From NCBI GenBank assembly GCA_964016885.1, contig OZ024743.1, positions 124,310,001 to 124,374,000 of the forward strand: a stretch of 64,000 bases of DNA, given 5' to 3'. The position numbers and the translations under genes were made by a program. The notes under the pieces are model-generated. The model ran no database searches and was not told the DNA's origin. It saw nothing but the letters and a program-made list of their open reading frames with translations. Of the stretch, positions 1 to 12,801 are shown one piece after another. Position 1 is the first letter of the stretch, and each line of letters starts with the position of its first letter. The stretch comes from Eledone cirrhosa. Lineage: Eukaryota.

Positions 1-114
1 AAAGAGCTGGTATTGTGGTTCATTGTTCACTGGATAGGTTTGTGATGTGGTCACCATTGTGTAGTGTGTAGGCAAAGGAGACTGATGTGCCTGTGCATGT
101 GTGACCAGAGATTG

Positions 115-388
115 CAGCTGTGTGCAGAGCTCTGGTGATACCCGGGGCAAATCTTGATTGTATACCCCAAAGATTCAAGTATAAGGCCTAAATATACTGA
201 AAGATATTATGAGAAAGGAAAACATTTTGAATATATAAACACAGATGAAACATGAAATAAACATTTTATTCGATTTTAATATAAATCAATCAAATTTATT
301 AAGTTCTTTTCCCCAAATGATGCATGCCCCCATCCAAAAGATGTCCGGGGGCCAACGCACCATTGCCCATTCCCTCTGCATGCTATTG
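115..388. mobile_element. hAT-like MITE with degenerate ~15-bp TIRs
   Basis: Ends cagctgtgtgcagag / ctctgcatgctattg are imperfect inverted repeats. The body is repeated at 43009-43220, whose end reads CAGTGGCGTGCAGA. Confidence 0.55.
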
Positions 389-929
389 GCAACAGTTTTC
401 ATTATGATGATGTGATGATTCCAAGAGTAAGGGAGTTACCCTGATCACATAGGTAATGAAATAAAAACTAAATCACTACTTAAATATATTTGTTAATCTA
501 ATAACCTGCTGAGGTTATTGTTGATAAAATATGAAAACAGGGCTGTGTTGTTGTTGTTGTGTATACATGTGTGCAATAGTTCAAAAGATGATATTTACAG
601 TTGTGTGTGGACTAACCTTTATCAAAGTGCCAACAGGAATAGAGCTAACTGGCCCTTGTCGAGAGAGCCAGAGTGTTTGGTTAACAACTACATCTCCCTG
701 CTTGCTGGAACAAACTGTACGTGATGTATCTCCTTTGAGAGACAAAAGCAGAGTGCATGAACTGAAAATGACCTATAGTTGGATGCTTTCTCCAGACGGG
801 ACGATGCCAGGTCTTGAAACAAAAAAAAATGAGCATCCCTGTTGTCCAGAGGTCAGCATGTGTGGTCACACCGACCTACTTTGCTAACATCAGAACAAGA
901 GTTCAAATTACTGCTACATATTTAGCATG

Positions 930-1140
930 ATAATAATGAAAATTATTGTGTACAGTGCTCAGATGCACTACAACTCATGAAAGGTGAATGTATAGTACAT
1001 AGAATAATTTTCAAATGTCAGGAAAGTGAACAGTGTATGAGTCATGATATACACAGACACATGCATGTGTGTGTGTGTGTGTGTGTGGAGGGGGAATATC
1101 AGGTGTAGTGTTACAAATGAATATCAGGAAGCATGAATGT
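930..1140 (-). mobile_element. CR1 LINE 3' UTR fragment
   Basis: Matches the 3' ends at 3546-3740 and 20150-20340, including the (ATT)n tail. Confidence 0.8.
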
Positions 1141-1179
1141 GTGACAAAGCAGGTTTTTTGAATGACAGTTACAAGAGTT

Positions 1180-1290
1180 CATCTGATTGGCTTCCAAACA
1201 GTTTCTGTTTGCCCAGTTTCACTCACAAGGCATGTGTCAACCTAAATGACACTAGCCCAAGATGTCACGTTGTGGGATTGAAGCCAGGAG
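1180..1290 (-). mobile_element. degraded tRNA-derived SINE fragment
   Basis: ttcactcacaagg...cccaagatgtcacg...gggattgaa; B-box-like on the minus strand. Confidence 0.45.
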
Positions 1291-1989
1291 CAATAAAAAA
1301 AACATAGATAAATCCGTGCTTGCTTACTTAGTTACTTACTTGGCACGGCTACTAAGTATGAATCTTCTATTGTTTTCTTCTTTATGTCGATGTATACTGA
1401 CCACTACGAGATACCAGTTGGTATGAATTAACCACAGATTTTGACATATACTTCTGTCTATTATCAAGTCTAAAATTAATAAAACCTTTTTTTTTAATTA
1501 TTATTCTGCAGTTTCATTATTTCTATTCCCTATGGGATGTGTTGGTTATTCAGTTTGGGAGTGAATGTACTCTACTTTAAACGTTAAAGTTTGTCAAAAG
1601 TATGAAAATACACTCTTGACAGGTGCATAGCTGTTATATGATCACAGCTTAAAATATTCATAGCGTGCCTCTTATATTTTTATTATACATAAACATATCA
1701 TTTATGGCTTCATATACACTCATATTATACATACAAACATACAAATATGCATACATACATATATAAATGCATACACACACACACACATATATATATACAT
1801 ACATTCATACATACAAACATACATACATGCATAATGGATCCAACATCAGCCTTGATGATAAGCATTCAGTTGTTCAATCAATTGATGTAACTCATGAATT
1901 AACATCTAAGTGGCTGAGTATTCCACAGACACATGTATCCTTAACCTGACAATATATGTGACAGGTACAATCCACACACTTACTGTTAA

Positions 1990-2110
1990 CCCAATTTTAC
2001 TGAGTCAACTTGAGGCTATTGTAAAAAGAATTTATTTATGAGAGTACAATGTGGGATCGAACACAGGACCTTTAGATTGTGAAGTGAACTCCTAAACCAT
2101 TCAGTCATGT
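1990..2110 (-). mobile_element. degraded tRNA-derived SINE head
   Basis: gggatcgaac (B box on the minus strand) and aaccattcagtca (A box region). Confidence 0.5.
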
Positions 2111-2299
2111 TTGCATCTACTATACACATATATATATAAACGTACATATTGCATGCATACATGCGTATGTACGTATACACATACATACAGACATACATAT
2201 CTACATACATACATACATACAAAAACAGACAGACACACACAGACACATACATAACTATAAACATGCACATACATACATGCACACATACATACTACATAA

Positions 2300-3343
2300 A
2301 TACAAACAAAAAATGGAAATTGCCACTAAATTAAAGCACAACTGGCCTGATATTGTTGTTTGGGACCACACATTGAGTATGTGCTCTTGTAGCAGAGCTA
2401 TTTACTTGGCGTGTATCAATAAACAATCCATGCATGATTTGGTTGCTATAGACCAATTGTAGGTCACGCATGGATATTTTCAATTTCCTCCCAAGCTCAA
2501 AGATTTTCCCCGCTTCTTTTGTTTTCACTAAACACTTGTTGCCTTGACACCAAGAAGTCAACAACTCGCCAAGATGTTGCTGTAAAATTCAGCTTCGGCC
2601 TGGACGGACACATTTTGTCCAGGGACCGCACCTTTCTTTGTTTATAACATTTGATTTGTTTGTTCTTTTGTTTGGCATGCCAGCTCAATTTTTGTAAATA
2701 AATTATGTAAAATATTATAAGGTCTTGTAATACTTTTACCACAGCCATCGCCTTTGGACGTGATATGGGAAGAATCCTTTTCCCAAGGTTCTTATCACTA
2801 CAACAGCTTTATACTTCTTTCGTGGCTACAAAACTTACAACTTCTAAGTTACATTCATCTTTTATAGGAACAACATACACTTCTTTGCTAACATTTACTA
2901 TTACAAAAACATTTTGCTGCTACACAAAACAATACATTTTCTCGCAGTCACACTTAACTAAACGACACTCATTTTCTCAGCATAAATAAACATTCCTCTC
3001 TCTCAGCTATCAACAACTATTATATTTCTTTCTTATTAATATCATGCCAACACAGCATAATATTATCTTTCTGCTAAACTCTGTTGTCAACGTTGTAAGA
3101 AAAATACAAGAGAAGGAGAACATCTACGGACCATTGATGAGGAGTTTGCAGATCCAGTATCCAAGATACACCTTCAGCTTCATTATTGGAGCAACAGGTT
3201 ATATACCAACCCACTTAGACCAAAGTATAACTGAACTTGGATTTGTGGACAAAGAGTGCAGTTCCCTAATTCATAGACTACAAATGGCTGCGATAGCTGA
3301 CACCTTCAACATTTTTAAAACATTCTTACGATTCAAGAGATGA
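2300..3343 (+). pseudogene. R4/Dong-like non-LTR retrotransposon RLE C-terminus, split by an insertion at ~2401-3060
   Basis: KHNWPDIVVWD (PD motif) at ~2330-2370 continues as VNVVRKIQEKENIYGPL...IIGATG at 3085-3343. Homologous to 63720-63950. Confidence 0.65.
2401..3060. mobile_element. non-autonomous DNA-element-like insertion with imperfect ~20-bp terminal inverted repeats
   Basis: ttggcgtgtatcaataa near 2406 versus ttattaatatcatgccaa near 3033-3050; interrupts the RLE reading frame. Confidence 0.4.
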
Positions 3344-3545
3344 CAATTTCTTTTTTTTTTTACAACCTTGCCAACAGGAAGGTGGCCAGTCAAAAATGTA
3401 CTCAAAATTAAGAGAAAGAGAAACATACATACATATTTAACATTAGTAGATTTCGCTACACATACATCCGTACCTACGTACATATAGACACATCTATCCA
3501 TAGACAAACACAGATATATACATATCTTCATACATACACATACAT

Positions 3546-5259
3546 AATAATAATGAAATTATTGTGTAAAGTGCTCAGGTGCACTACAACTCGTCAAAGG
3601 TGGTGTATGTATAGTGCATAAAATAATATACAAATGTCAGGCAAGTGAATAGTGTATGAGTCATGATATACATGTGTGTATGTGTATGGAGGGGGAACAT
3701 TAGGTGTAGTGTTTGCGAATCTCGGGAAGCATGAAGGTTTTAAAGGATGCAGTGTCTCGACAGCTAACAACTGATGCAGGTAGTTTGTTCCATGCTTCAG
3801 CAACTCTGTGCATGAAATAATGTTTGCGAAAGTCATGGGTACTGTGCTGTTTTCTGACTTTGTGGACATGCTCACGTGTGTTAGACACATGGAAATCAAA
3901 AAGGTACTCAGGGTTGTTGTTGGCAATAATTTTGTGAGTGTTTACCAAGTCAGTTGCCAGGCGTCGGAGCTTCAATGTATCCATGCCCAGGGAAGCAAGG
4001 CATTCAGAGTATGGTAGATGCCTGATGGAGGGTATTCGCTTGGTTGCACGTCTCTGAACAGTTTCCAGGCGGTCAATGTTCTGAGCAAGATAGGGGTTCC
4101 AGATTGGTGATGCAAGTTCTAAGTGTGGCCGCACCATAGCCATGTACAGCTTTAAATAAATAGCTGGAGAGCGGCTGACAAAGGTCTTGCTGAGTGATGC
4201 TAAGACACCCTCATCCCTCTTGACAATTTTAGAGACGTGCTTCGTCCAATGCAAATTGCTGGTGACCGTAATGCCCAGGTCACGTTCACAAGAAGACTTC
4301 TTGATATTAGTGCTGTGGAGGGAGTATGTGGATGCTGGGTTTTTACTCCTTAAATGCATGGTAGTGCACTTGTCCACAGCTAGCTTGAGTTGCCAGTCTG
4401 TGATCCATTGTTGCATTGTGTCCATATCAGACTGCAAGCAAGATCTATAGTGTTCAGGATCTGTTCTTTTTATCTCAAGGTACTGTGGCATTCTTTAAGT
4501 TGCATCTATGTCATTAATATATGTCACAAACAAAAGGGGGCCAAGAACAGATCCCTGTGGTACACCAGATGACATCTCATATGGTGAGGAATGCTGCCCT
4601 AGAACCGTGACTACCTCTCTTCAACTGAGAATGAAGGACTTCAACCAGTTAAAAAGATCATCCTTCACACCCATTGCAGACAGTTTTGCCATAAGCCTTT
4701 TGTGTGGCACAGAATTGAAAGCTTTTGCAAAGTCAAGGTAAACAACATCCACCCATGAGCCGCCATCAGTGATCCGGGTGATGTCCTCAAGAAACTCGAT
4801 AAGTTGATCACAGCAGCTGGAGTTAGGGATAAATCCAAATTGCGAGGGCCGGATAAGCCTGTGAGAGTTCCAGAAGTTCCAAAGTGTTTCTCTGACACAG
4901 GATTCCATCAGTTTAGCAATGCAGCTAATAAGACTGACTGGACGATAGTTCACAGGTTATGTGCGGTCACCATTTTTGAACAGAGGAATGACACTGGCAG
5001 TTTTCCACTGTTCTGGAGTAGCACCGTTGTTCAGACAGAATTGGAAGAAGTGTGATAACTGGTGCAGAAGGAAGTACCCACCACGTTTAAGAAACAGGTA
5101 CGTAACACCATCAAGACCAGGAGAGGCATGGTTGCGTTTATTTTTAAGGTGACATCGCAGCATTGCAGGTGTAAATTCCATAGTTGTAATAGAATCCGAT
5201 GTCAGAGGTGGTGGAGACGGTACACTGTGGTCTTCAATAGTGAAAATGCCTGCATAGCA
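3546..5259 (-). mobile_element. CR1-clade LINE, 5'-truncated, disrupted RT
   Basis: NYRPVSLIS, YLDFAKAFNSVPH, GVPQG and ERDLG motifs; CR1-type C-terminus; (ATT)n tail. Confidence 0.93.
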
Positions 5260-5700
5260 TTCAGCAATAAATACATATATATACGCATACATCATATGTA
5301 TGTATATACACATACATGCATAGACACACACATCTACATACACACACACATACATAAAGAGAGACATACATACATGCATGGGCACGTACATACATACCTA
5401 CGTACATACATACGTACACACATACATACATACATACAAACAAATAAATAAATAAATATTGCTTATCTTTATTTTATGCTAACTTAATTTAGGCATGATA
5501 GAACTTGTCTAATCTATATCTTTAAAAATATTGTCACGTTGTTTCCTTTATATCAACCTGTGCTAAAATACACACAAACGCTTACACTATATATCATCAA
5601 CATCCTTTTAAATCCGCTTTCTCACATATATATTTATGTATGTCATCATCATCATCATCGTTTAACGTCCATTTTCCACGCTAGCATGGGTCTAGATGTA

Positions 5701-6365
<665 letters not shown>

Positions 6366-6383
6366 ATATGTTTGTATATGTGT

Positions 6384-7928
6384 CCGGAATGATGCCGGTA
6401 TACTTAGTGTCACTAATGATCCGAAAAAAGGAAGCCTGGAAATGACATTATGAGAGGCTGATGAATGTGGAGAATGAATGAGAGAAACTACTCCCAGTAA
6501 ACTGGACAGAGGGACCAGCTATTGAGATTGACGAATATAGGGTCCAAGAGGCAATTAAGGAAATGAAAAAGGGTAAGGCCGCTGGATTGTCAGGGATAGT
6601 TGCTGAGATGCTGAAGGCATCAGGAGAAGTAGGCACTAAACTGGTTGCATGCATTGTCAATCAAGCTAAATATGGCGGTGTCATACCCAAATTGCTACAA
6701 AGGTAAAGGGGATGCTCTGGACAGGAGCAATTATAGGGGTATAAAACTGATGGATCAGGTTATGAAAGTGGCAGAACAAATATTAGCGCAACTAATTAGA
6801 GAAAGAGTCAAACTAGATGCAGTTTGGTCTTGTGCCTGGAAAAAGTACAACAGATGCACTCTTCTTAGTGAGACAACTACAAGAGAGGTTTTAGAGAAGG
6901 CCTTTGATAGGGTATTCCGATCTGTCATCTGATGGTCCCTAAAGAAACTAGGTGTTGAGGACAGTGCAAGCTTTGTACAGAGGTGCCGTCATTAAAGTGA
7001 GGGTATGAATAGAGTTTAGTGAGGAATTCAAGATACAAGTAGGAATACATCAGCGTTCAGTCCTCAGCCCGCTCTTGTTCATTATAGTCCTCTAAGCCAT
7101 AACAGAGGAGCTTAAGACTGGGAGAACTTCTCTATGCTGACGATCTGGTTCTTATAGCAGAATCAGTAGAGGAGCTAGAGAATAAATTCTGGCTATGGAA
7201 ATAGCAGTTGGAATTAAGAGGACTGAGTGAACCTAGCTAAGACAAAAGTGTTGTGCAGTAGATGAACAGGAAAATTTGATAGTAGAAGTCGCAGTGATAG
7301 ACACATTTTTCAAATACAGGTAGGTTCTATAAAAGTGGTTGATAGCTTCCAGTACCTAGGTGATCAGATTAGCATGGAAGGAGGGTGTTCCAAGGCGATA
7401 GTATCTAGAATAAGGATTGGTTGGAAGAAGTTTAGGGAGCTGCTACCTCTGCTGACAAAGAAGGATTTCTCCCTGCATACGAAAGGCCGGTTATATGATG
7501 CCTGGGTGAGATGTGTGATGCTGGATGGTAGTGAGACATGGACAGCAACTGCAGAGGATATGCGACGGCTGGAGAGAAATGAAGCAAGCATGCTTCGTTG
7601 GATGTGTAATGTCAATGTACATGAATGACCAACCATGGATGAGTTGAGAGAGAAACTGTGTATAAGAGGGATAAGTTGTAGTGTGCGGGAGAGAAGACTG
7701 CAATGGTATGGACATGTGATGTGCATGGAGGATGACCGCTGGGTAAAGAAATGCCAGTAGAAGGAAGACGCAGTAGAGGAAGACCACGAAAAACATGGGT
7801 GGAGGTGGTGAGAGCAGACCTCAGATCGGTGGAGATGATGAAGGACCATGGCAAGTGGAGAGATGCTGAATAGGACCCGTCCCACCATTTCAATCAGGGA
7901 AAAGCAGACGTAAAATGATGATGATGAT
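6384..7928 (+). mobile_element. RTE-clade LINE, degraded, 5'-truncated
   Basis: KGKGDALDRSNYRGIKL, EKAFDRV, YADD, FQYLGD and RLQWYGHV motifs with many stops; (ATG)n tail. Confidence 0.92.
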
Positions 7929-8488
7929 ATATATGTAAGGAAGTTGGAAAAAAAACTTACCTCTTAATTTTAAATCTTTAATTTTTAGTTTTTAATACTT
8001 ATTAATTCTTTTTAATTGTAATACTCAACATTTGATAAGATGAATTTTAATAATACATCGAAACCAGTAATACTTTATATACATTATAAAACTCTTTTTT
8101 AAAAGAATTAACCCTCTCATATTTTCAATAATGTCACTTTGACGAATCAAAGAAAGGAAAAAAAGAAAAAAACAGACCCTAAAATATATTTTCGGCGCTA
8201 TTTCCAACTTCACCTTTTCTCTCTCTCTATATATATAGTTTGGAATATCAGAAAACAGAAAAACAAACGCAGGAGTAAATATTACAAATATTATTAGTTT
8301 CACGCTTGGTGAGAGTGGGGGACATGGTTGTGATGTTTCAGGCGTAAGCCCTACATCAGGAGAGAAGGAGTGAGGAGGAGTTAGTGAGAAAAATAGAAAT
8401 AAAAATAAATTGAAAATGGAACATGAAGTGGAAAATAAAAGTTATAAAAAAGTGAGAGGGGTGTATGGATCCGGGATATCTATATATA

Positions 8489-8665
8489 GGAAAAGAATCA
8501 GGACCCCAACGGCTGAGCTCTGGCCATTTCGACAGCTAGATTCAAACGGCCAGAGCTCAGCCATCGGGGTCCTGATTCTTTCCCTGTTACCCACTCTATT
8601 ACCCTAAGTATCAAGTACTCTGGTGCATTATCGTCCACCTGGTTTCTTACTACACTTTCTTTGTT
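8489..8665 (+). mobile_element. PLE-derived foldback+tail mini-element in (TA)n
   Basis: ~41-bp inverted arms (8489-8583) plus an 80-bp tail shared with the copies at 39648 and 51472. Confidence 0.75.
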
Positions 8666-9010
8666 ATATATATATATATATAGTTATACTTTGTGAGGGG
8701 CATGCTGCCAATAAAAACACAATTCTGTTGGTTTTCACCTCAATTTATTATTATAATCTTCCAGCTGGTTAGTTTAATAACCAGATGGTTGTTTAGTTGT
8801 TGGTTGTCAAACATTCTGTGACATCCTCACTGACTACTTTTGTTATTTTCTGTCTCTCCTTTTTTTTTCAACACGTTTTCAAGAATTCTTGAAAAACGAA
8901 GTATATATATGTGTGTGTATATATATATATATATGTGTGTGTGTATATATATATATATATGTATGTGTGAATGTATGTGTATATATATATATATATATAT
9001 ATAAATATGA

Positions 9011-9630
9011 TAAATTAACGGAGCCATAGACTCTCGTTATTCCCTGTCAATAATCTGCTCAAAGGAAAAGGAATCCTGAGCTCTTTAAAATACAATATGT
9101 TGAAAAGGTAACACACTAGAGAGAGATAGTGTGCCATCAATAAAACAGGGAAAACCACCAGTGTATGGAATCTATAATCTATGGAAGGCAGGGTAGACAC
9201 ACAATAATTAAAAATATAAATTAAAATGTATATACGCACCTCTATAACTATATAACACATGCGTACAAATCCAACTGGTTCACTGCCCTAAACAACATGT
9301 GACCTCTCTCTCCCACATGTAGCTGGACGGTCGCTTTAGATTCTCTTAGAGTTGTCTAGAATGTATAGTCTTGCACGCGCTGATGAACCATAGGCTATTC
9401 CATTTCAGTCAACAACTTCCTGGCGAAACAGATCTCTTTGGATTTGTACGCGTGTGTTATATAGTTATAGAGGTGCGTATATATATTTTAATTTATATTT
9501 TTAATTATTGTGTGTCTACCCTGCCTTCCATAGATTATAGATTCCATACACTGGTGGTTTTCCCTCTTTTATTGATGGCACACTATCTCTCTCTAGTGTG
9601 TTACCTTTTCAACATATTGTATTTTAAATA
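9011..9630. mobile_element. PLE pseudo-LTR pair in inverted orientation
   Basis: 9084-9272 is the reverse complement of 9439-9629; flanked by (TA)n; contains a hammerhead fold. Confidence 0.75.
9374..9454 (+). ncRNA. type I hammerhead ribozyme (predicted)
   Basis: Stem I cacgcg/cgcgtg; CUGAUGA; stem II cca/tgg; GAAA; stem III acagatct/ggatttgt; GUA triplet. Confidence 0.8.
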
Positions 9631-9682
9631 TTCATATATATATATGCTAGCATGGAAGATACCCGTTAAACGATGATGATGA

Positions 9683-9723
<41 letters not shown>

Positions 9724-10027
9724 TCTTTTTTTTCAATATGGTCTACCCTTGGTGGTAGGATCCATACCGTAGATAGAACTCAACGTAACCTGATGGCGAG
9801 TAATCCAGTGAATGTTTCCGAAGAAGACGGTGTGATCGAACCTATATTGAAGTCTGATAGTATACAGTTATATAACTGCTATAGATCAGTCAATATGTCA
9901 ATATGATCAACCCTCCAAAACGATCGTAAAACAATGATATGAATAGGTAAAATAACTTGACTTTCTTGTTATTATTTTCATTGTTAAATTAATACCTAAT
10001 ATATATTTATATATATATATATATATA

Positions 10028-10260
10028 TGGGGTAGCCATGGGTACCAGAATGGGCCCTAACTACACCAACGAATTCATTGGCCTCCCGCTTCATCCGGCT
10101 GCCCTCATCTGCATCCGTGAAACCAACTGTACCACAACCCTCCAGTGTTCCCTTTGTGGGTCCATATACATCGAACAAACAACAGGCCACCTCCTGGCGG
10201 ATCATTTCACTGAACACTTGAGGGACATTCCCCAGGCCACTCCTCCCGATATATCTCAGT
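10028..10260 (+). pseudogene. internally deleted Penelope-like fragment (RT motif fused to GIY-YIG)
   Basis: GVAMGTRMGPNY followed by CSLCGSIYIEQT...DHFTEHLRDI. Confidence 0.7.
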
Positions 10261-10364
10261 CCTTGATGTTGTTATGAAAAGATACGAGATGTGACAAATA
10301 TGAAAAGAGTGTTACCTAAATAACAGTTAATGTAATGTAACATATATAAAATATAATACAATAT

Positions 10365-10550
10365 AATTGCTTCTACTTTTGGCACAAGGCCAGCAATTAT
10401 CGCAGTGCATTACTGGTACTTTATTTTATCGACCTCGTAATGACGAAAGGCAAAGTTAACCTCAGTGGGATTTGAACTCAGACTTTAAAGGGACGTAACT
10501 ATGCTGGAAAGCATGGTGTCCGACCCTCTACCGATACTGCCAATCGACCG
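10365..10550 (-). mobile_element. SINE family B
   Basis: Reverse complement of the 14013-14193 consensus. Confidence 0.88.
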
Positions 10551-10949
10551 ATATTAGGATTAAGATAACATGTTCTTTGTAACAAGTTGTTGTTGTTGCT
10601 AACTGAAGTGAAAATGTAATAGTATTGTTGTTGTTAGCAATAAATTGAAAATGAAAGAGTAGGAATCAGAAGGCTTTTTTGATAGTTAACAACAAGGTAA
10701 TTTATTAAGTTATTTGTCCATTACTGCTAATAATGAATGAGTGAGAAAGCCACACAAATATGCTTGTGATAAAGACAGGTGTGTTGGAAGAGGGAAATAA
10801 TTTTACAAAAGTATATGTATAAATATAAAATATATATGTCAATCTGCCCTGTCTGTTGTTGGCGATAGTAGTTGAAGTTGAGTTGGTCAGTCTTGGCAGG
10901 TTGGAAGCGATGACCAGAGTTGCTGTTCGAAGGAGTCGCGATGACCATG

Positions 10950-11470
10950 TCTGGACAGCTTAGAGGTTCTGCGGTGACTGGTAAAATGTTGGTGCCTCTC
11001 ATACTTAGGCGGAAATGACGTCACTAAGGCTTTGTGTATGTATCCACTACAGTGTCCTTTTACATCATGGATTATTGTCTTCACACACCAGGACTGAGCA
11101 GAGTTTGATTTTCCACCTTGGGTGTACTCATCTCCCTCCACAATTTCTTTAATCTTGCACACATATGCTCCTATACCCCTAGCCACTGTCACTCCTACCT
11201 TATACAACAAAGCCAGAATCAACAGTTTTCCAATCGATGGCAACTTGAATGGATCTGTTTTTTCTCTTAGAATTCTTTTCGTTTCTGCCACTGCCCATTC
11301 TCTTCTATCTATCTTTCTATTTCTTCTTTGATTGCTCATTCTATTTTCTGATGAAGGGTTAGAGTCCGAAACGTTAAGACCTTTTTCTACTATATCAAAC
11401 TTAAAACTAATAATATATCTCTTCATTGTACTGTGTTGTTTGCTTTGTTATTTCTGTTTACATTTTGCAT
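10950..11470 (+). mobile_element. PLE 3' remnant with minimal hammerhead-like motif at 11344-11379
   Basis: EQSLIFHLG-like endonuclease end near 11097, pyrimidine-rich UTR, then ctgatgaaggg...tccgaaacgtt. Confidence 0.55.
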
Positions 11471-11482
11471 GCGCGCACACAC

Positions 11483-11584
<102 letters not shown>

Positions 11585-12290
11585 TAGTAGTAGTAATTTG
11601 ATACTCTCCTCAATAAAGTTTCTTTTACACTATCATGAGGTCACCAATATGTCTGAGATTTAGACATATCAAACAGCTATTTGCACATTCTCAAGTCCTG
11701 GAGACAAAGGAAGGAATATTCATAAATAGCCTGCTCCCAAAGTCAATTCCAGTAGTTGCAGAGTTCATACTGACTAGCTAAAATGTAGGGCTCAACTGTC
11801 ACACACACTGAATTCTTTGCCTCTCTCTCTCTCTCTCTCAGCCAATAAACCAGTGAATCCATCCATCTTAGCATCAGACTCCCTATAATTGATGAACCTG
11901 ATGTTTCAAACAAAAGCAGCCTTCTAATATCGATAAAAAAAGAACAGGCAGTTCTGATGCATTTTATGATGCAATTTTCCGATAATATACAAAATCAACA
12001 ACATACATGAAAATTAATTTTCTAAATAAAACAAGAACGTTTTGAAAAAAAGCAACATTTTGTTATGAAAAACAACAATACATTCTACAAACACAACTTT
12101 CTTTTATGAACAGATTTTTCAAACACATCTGATTTCAAAAACAACAGAAATATGTTTCAAAATGCAGCCTTCTGATTTTGAAAACAACAACATCTGTGGC
12201 TGCATCAACAACAAAAGCAACAACAGACAACAACAATAATATCTGTAATAACAACACATTTTGAAAACCAAGCTGCTACATCAACACAAT

Positions 12291-12801
12291 AATTGTTTCT
12301 ATTTTAGGCACAAGGCCAGCAATTACCCAGTACATGGCTTAGTGGTTAGAGCATTGGCCTTGCAATCGAAAGGTTGTGAGTTCAATTCTCAGACCGGGTG
12401 ATGTGTTGTTTCCTTGAGCAAGACACTTTATTTCACATTGCTCCAGTTTACTCGGCTGTAGAAATGAGATGATAGGGACTGGGGTCCATATCATTCCACT
12501 GCAAAGTGGTCGTGGAGGTGCCACGGCAAAAAAAGCACCAAGCACTCACTGTAAATGAGGTTGGTGTTAGGAAGGGCATCCAGCTGTAGAAATTAAGCCA
12601 GAATCAGTTCCCGTCCCACCCTTGCAAGCAGGGAAAAGCGGACGTAAAATGATGATGATGATTACTGGTACTTTATTTTATCGACTCCATAAGGATGAAA
12701 GGCAAAGTTAACCTCGGCGGGATTTGAACTCAGATCATAAAGGGCCATAACTCTATGCTTCAAAGCATGGTGTCCGACTCTCTACCAATACTGCCAATCC
12801 A
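12291..12801 (-). mobile_element. SINE family B interrupted by SINE A
   Basis: Halves 12291-12335 and 12663-12801 rejoin to cccagtacattactggtac. Confidence 0.88.
12333..12662 (+). mobile_element. SINE family A
   Basis: Near-identical to 6010-6363. Confidence 0.92.

Noticed and set aside
531-887. 118-aa ORF as a host gene or exon
   Set aside because: No recognisable motif and no convincing splice pair.
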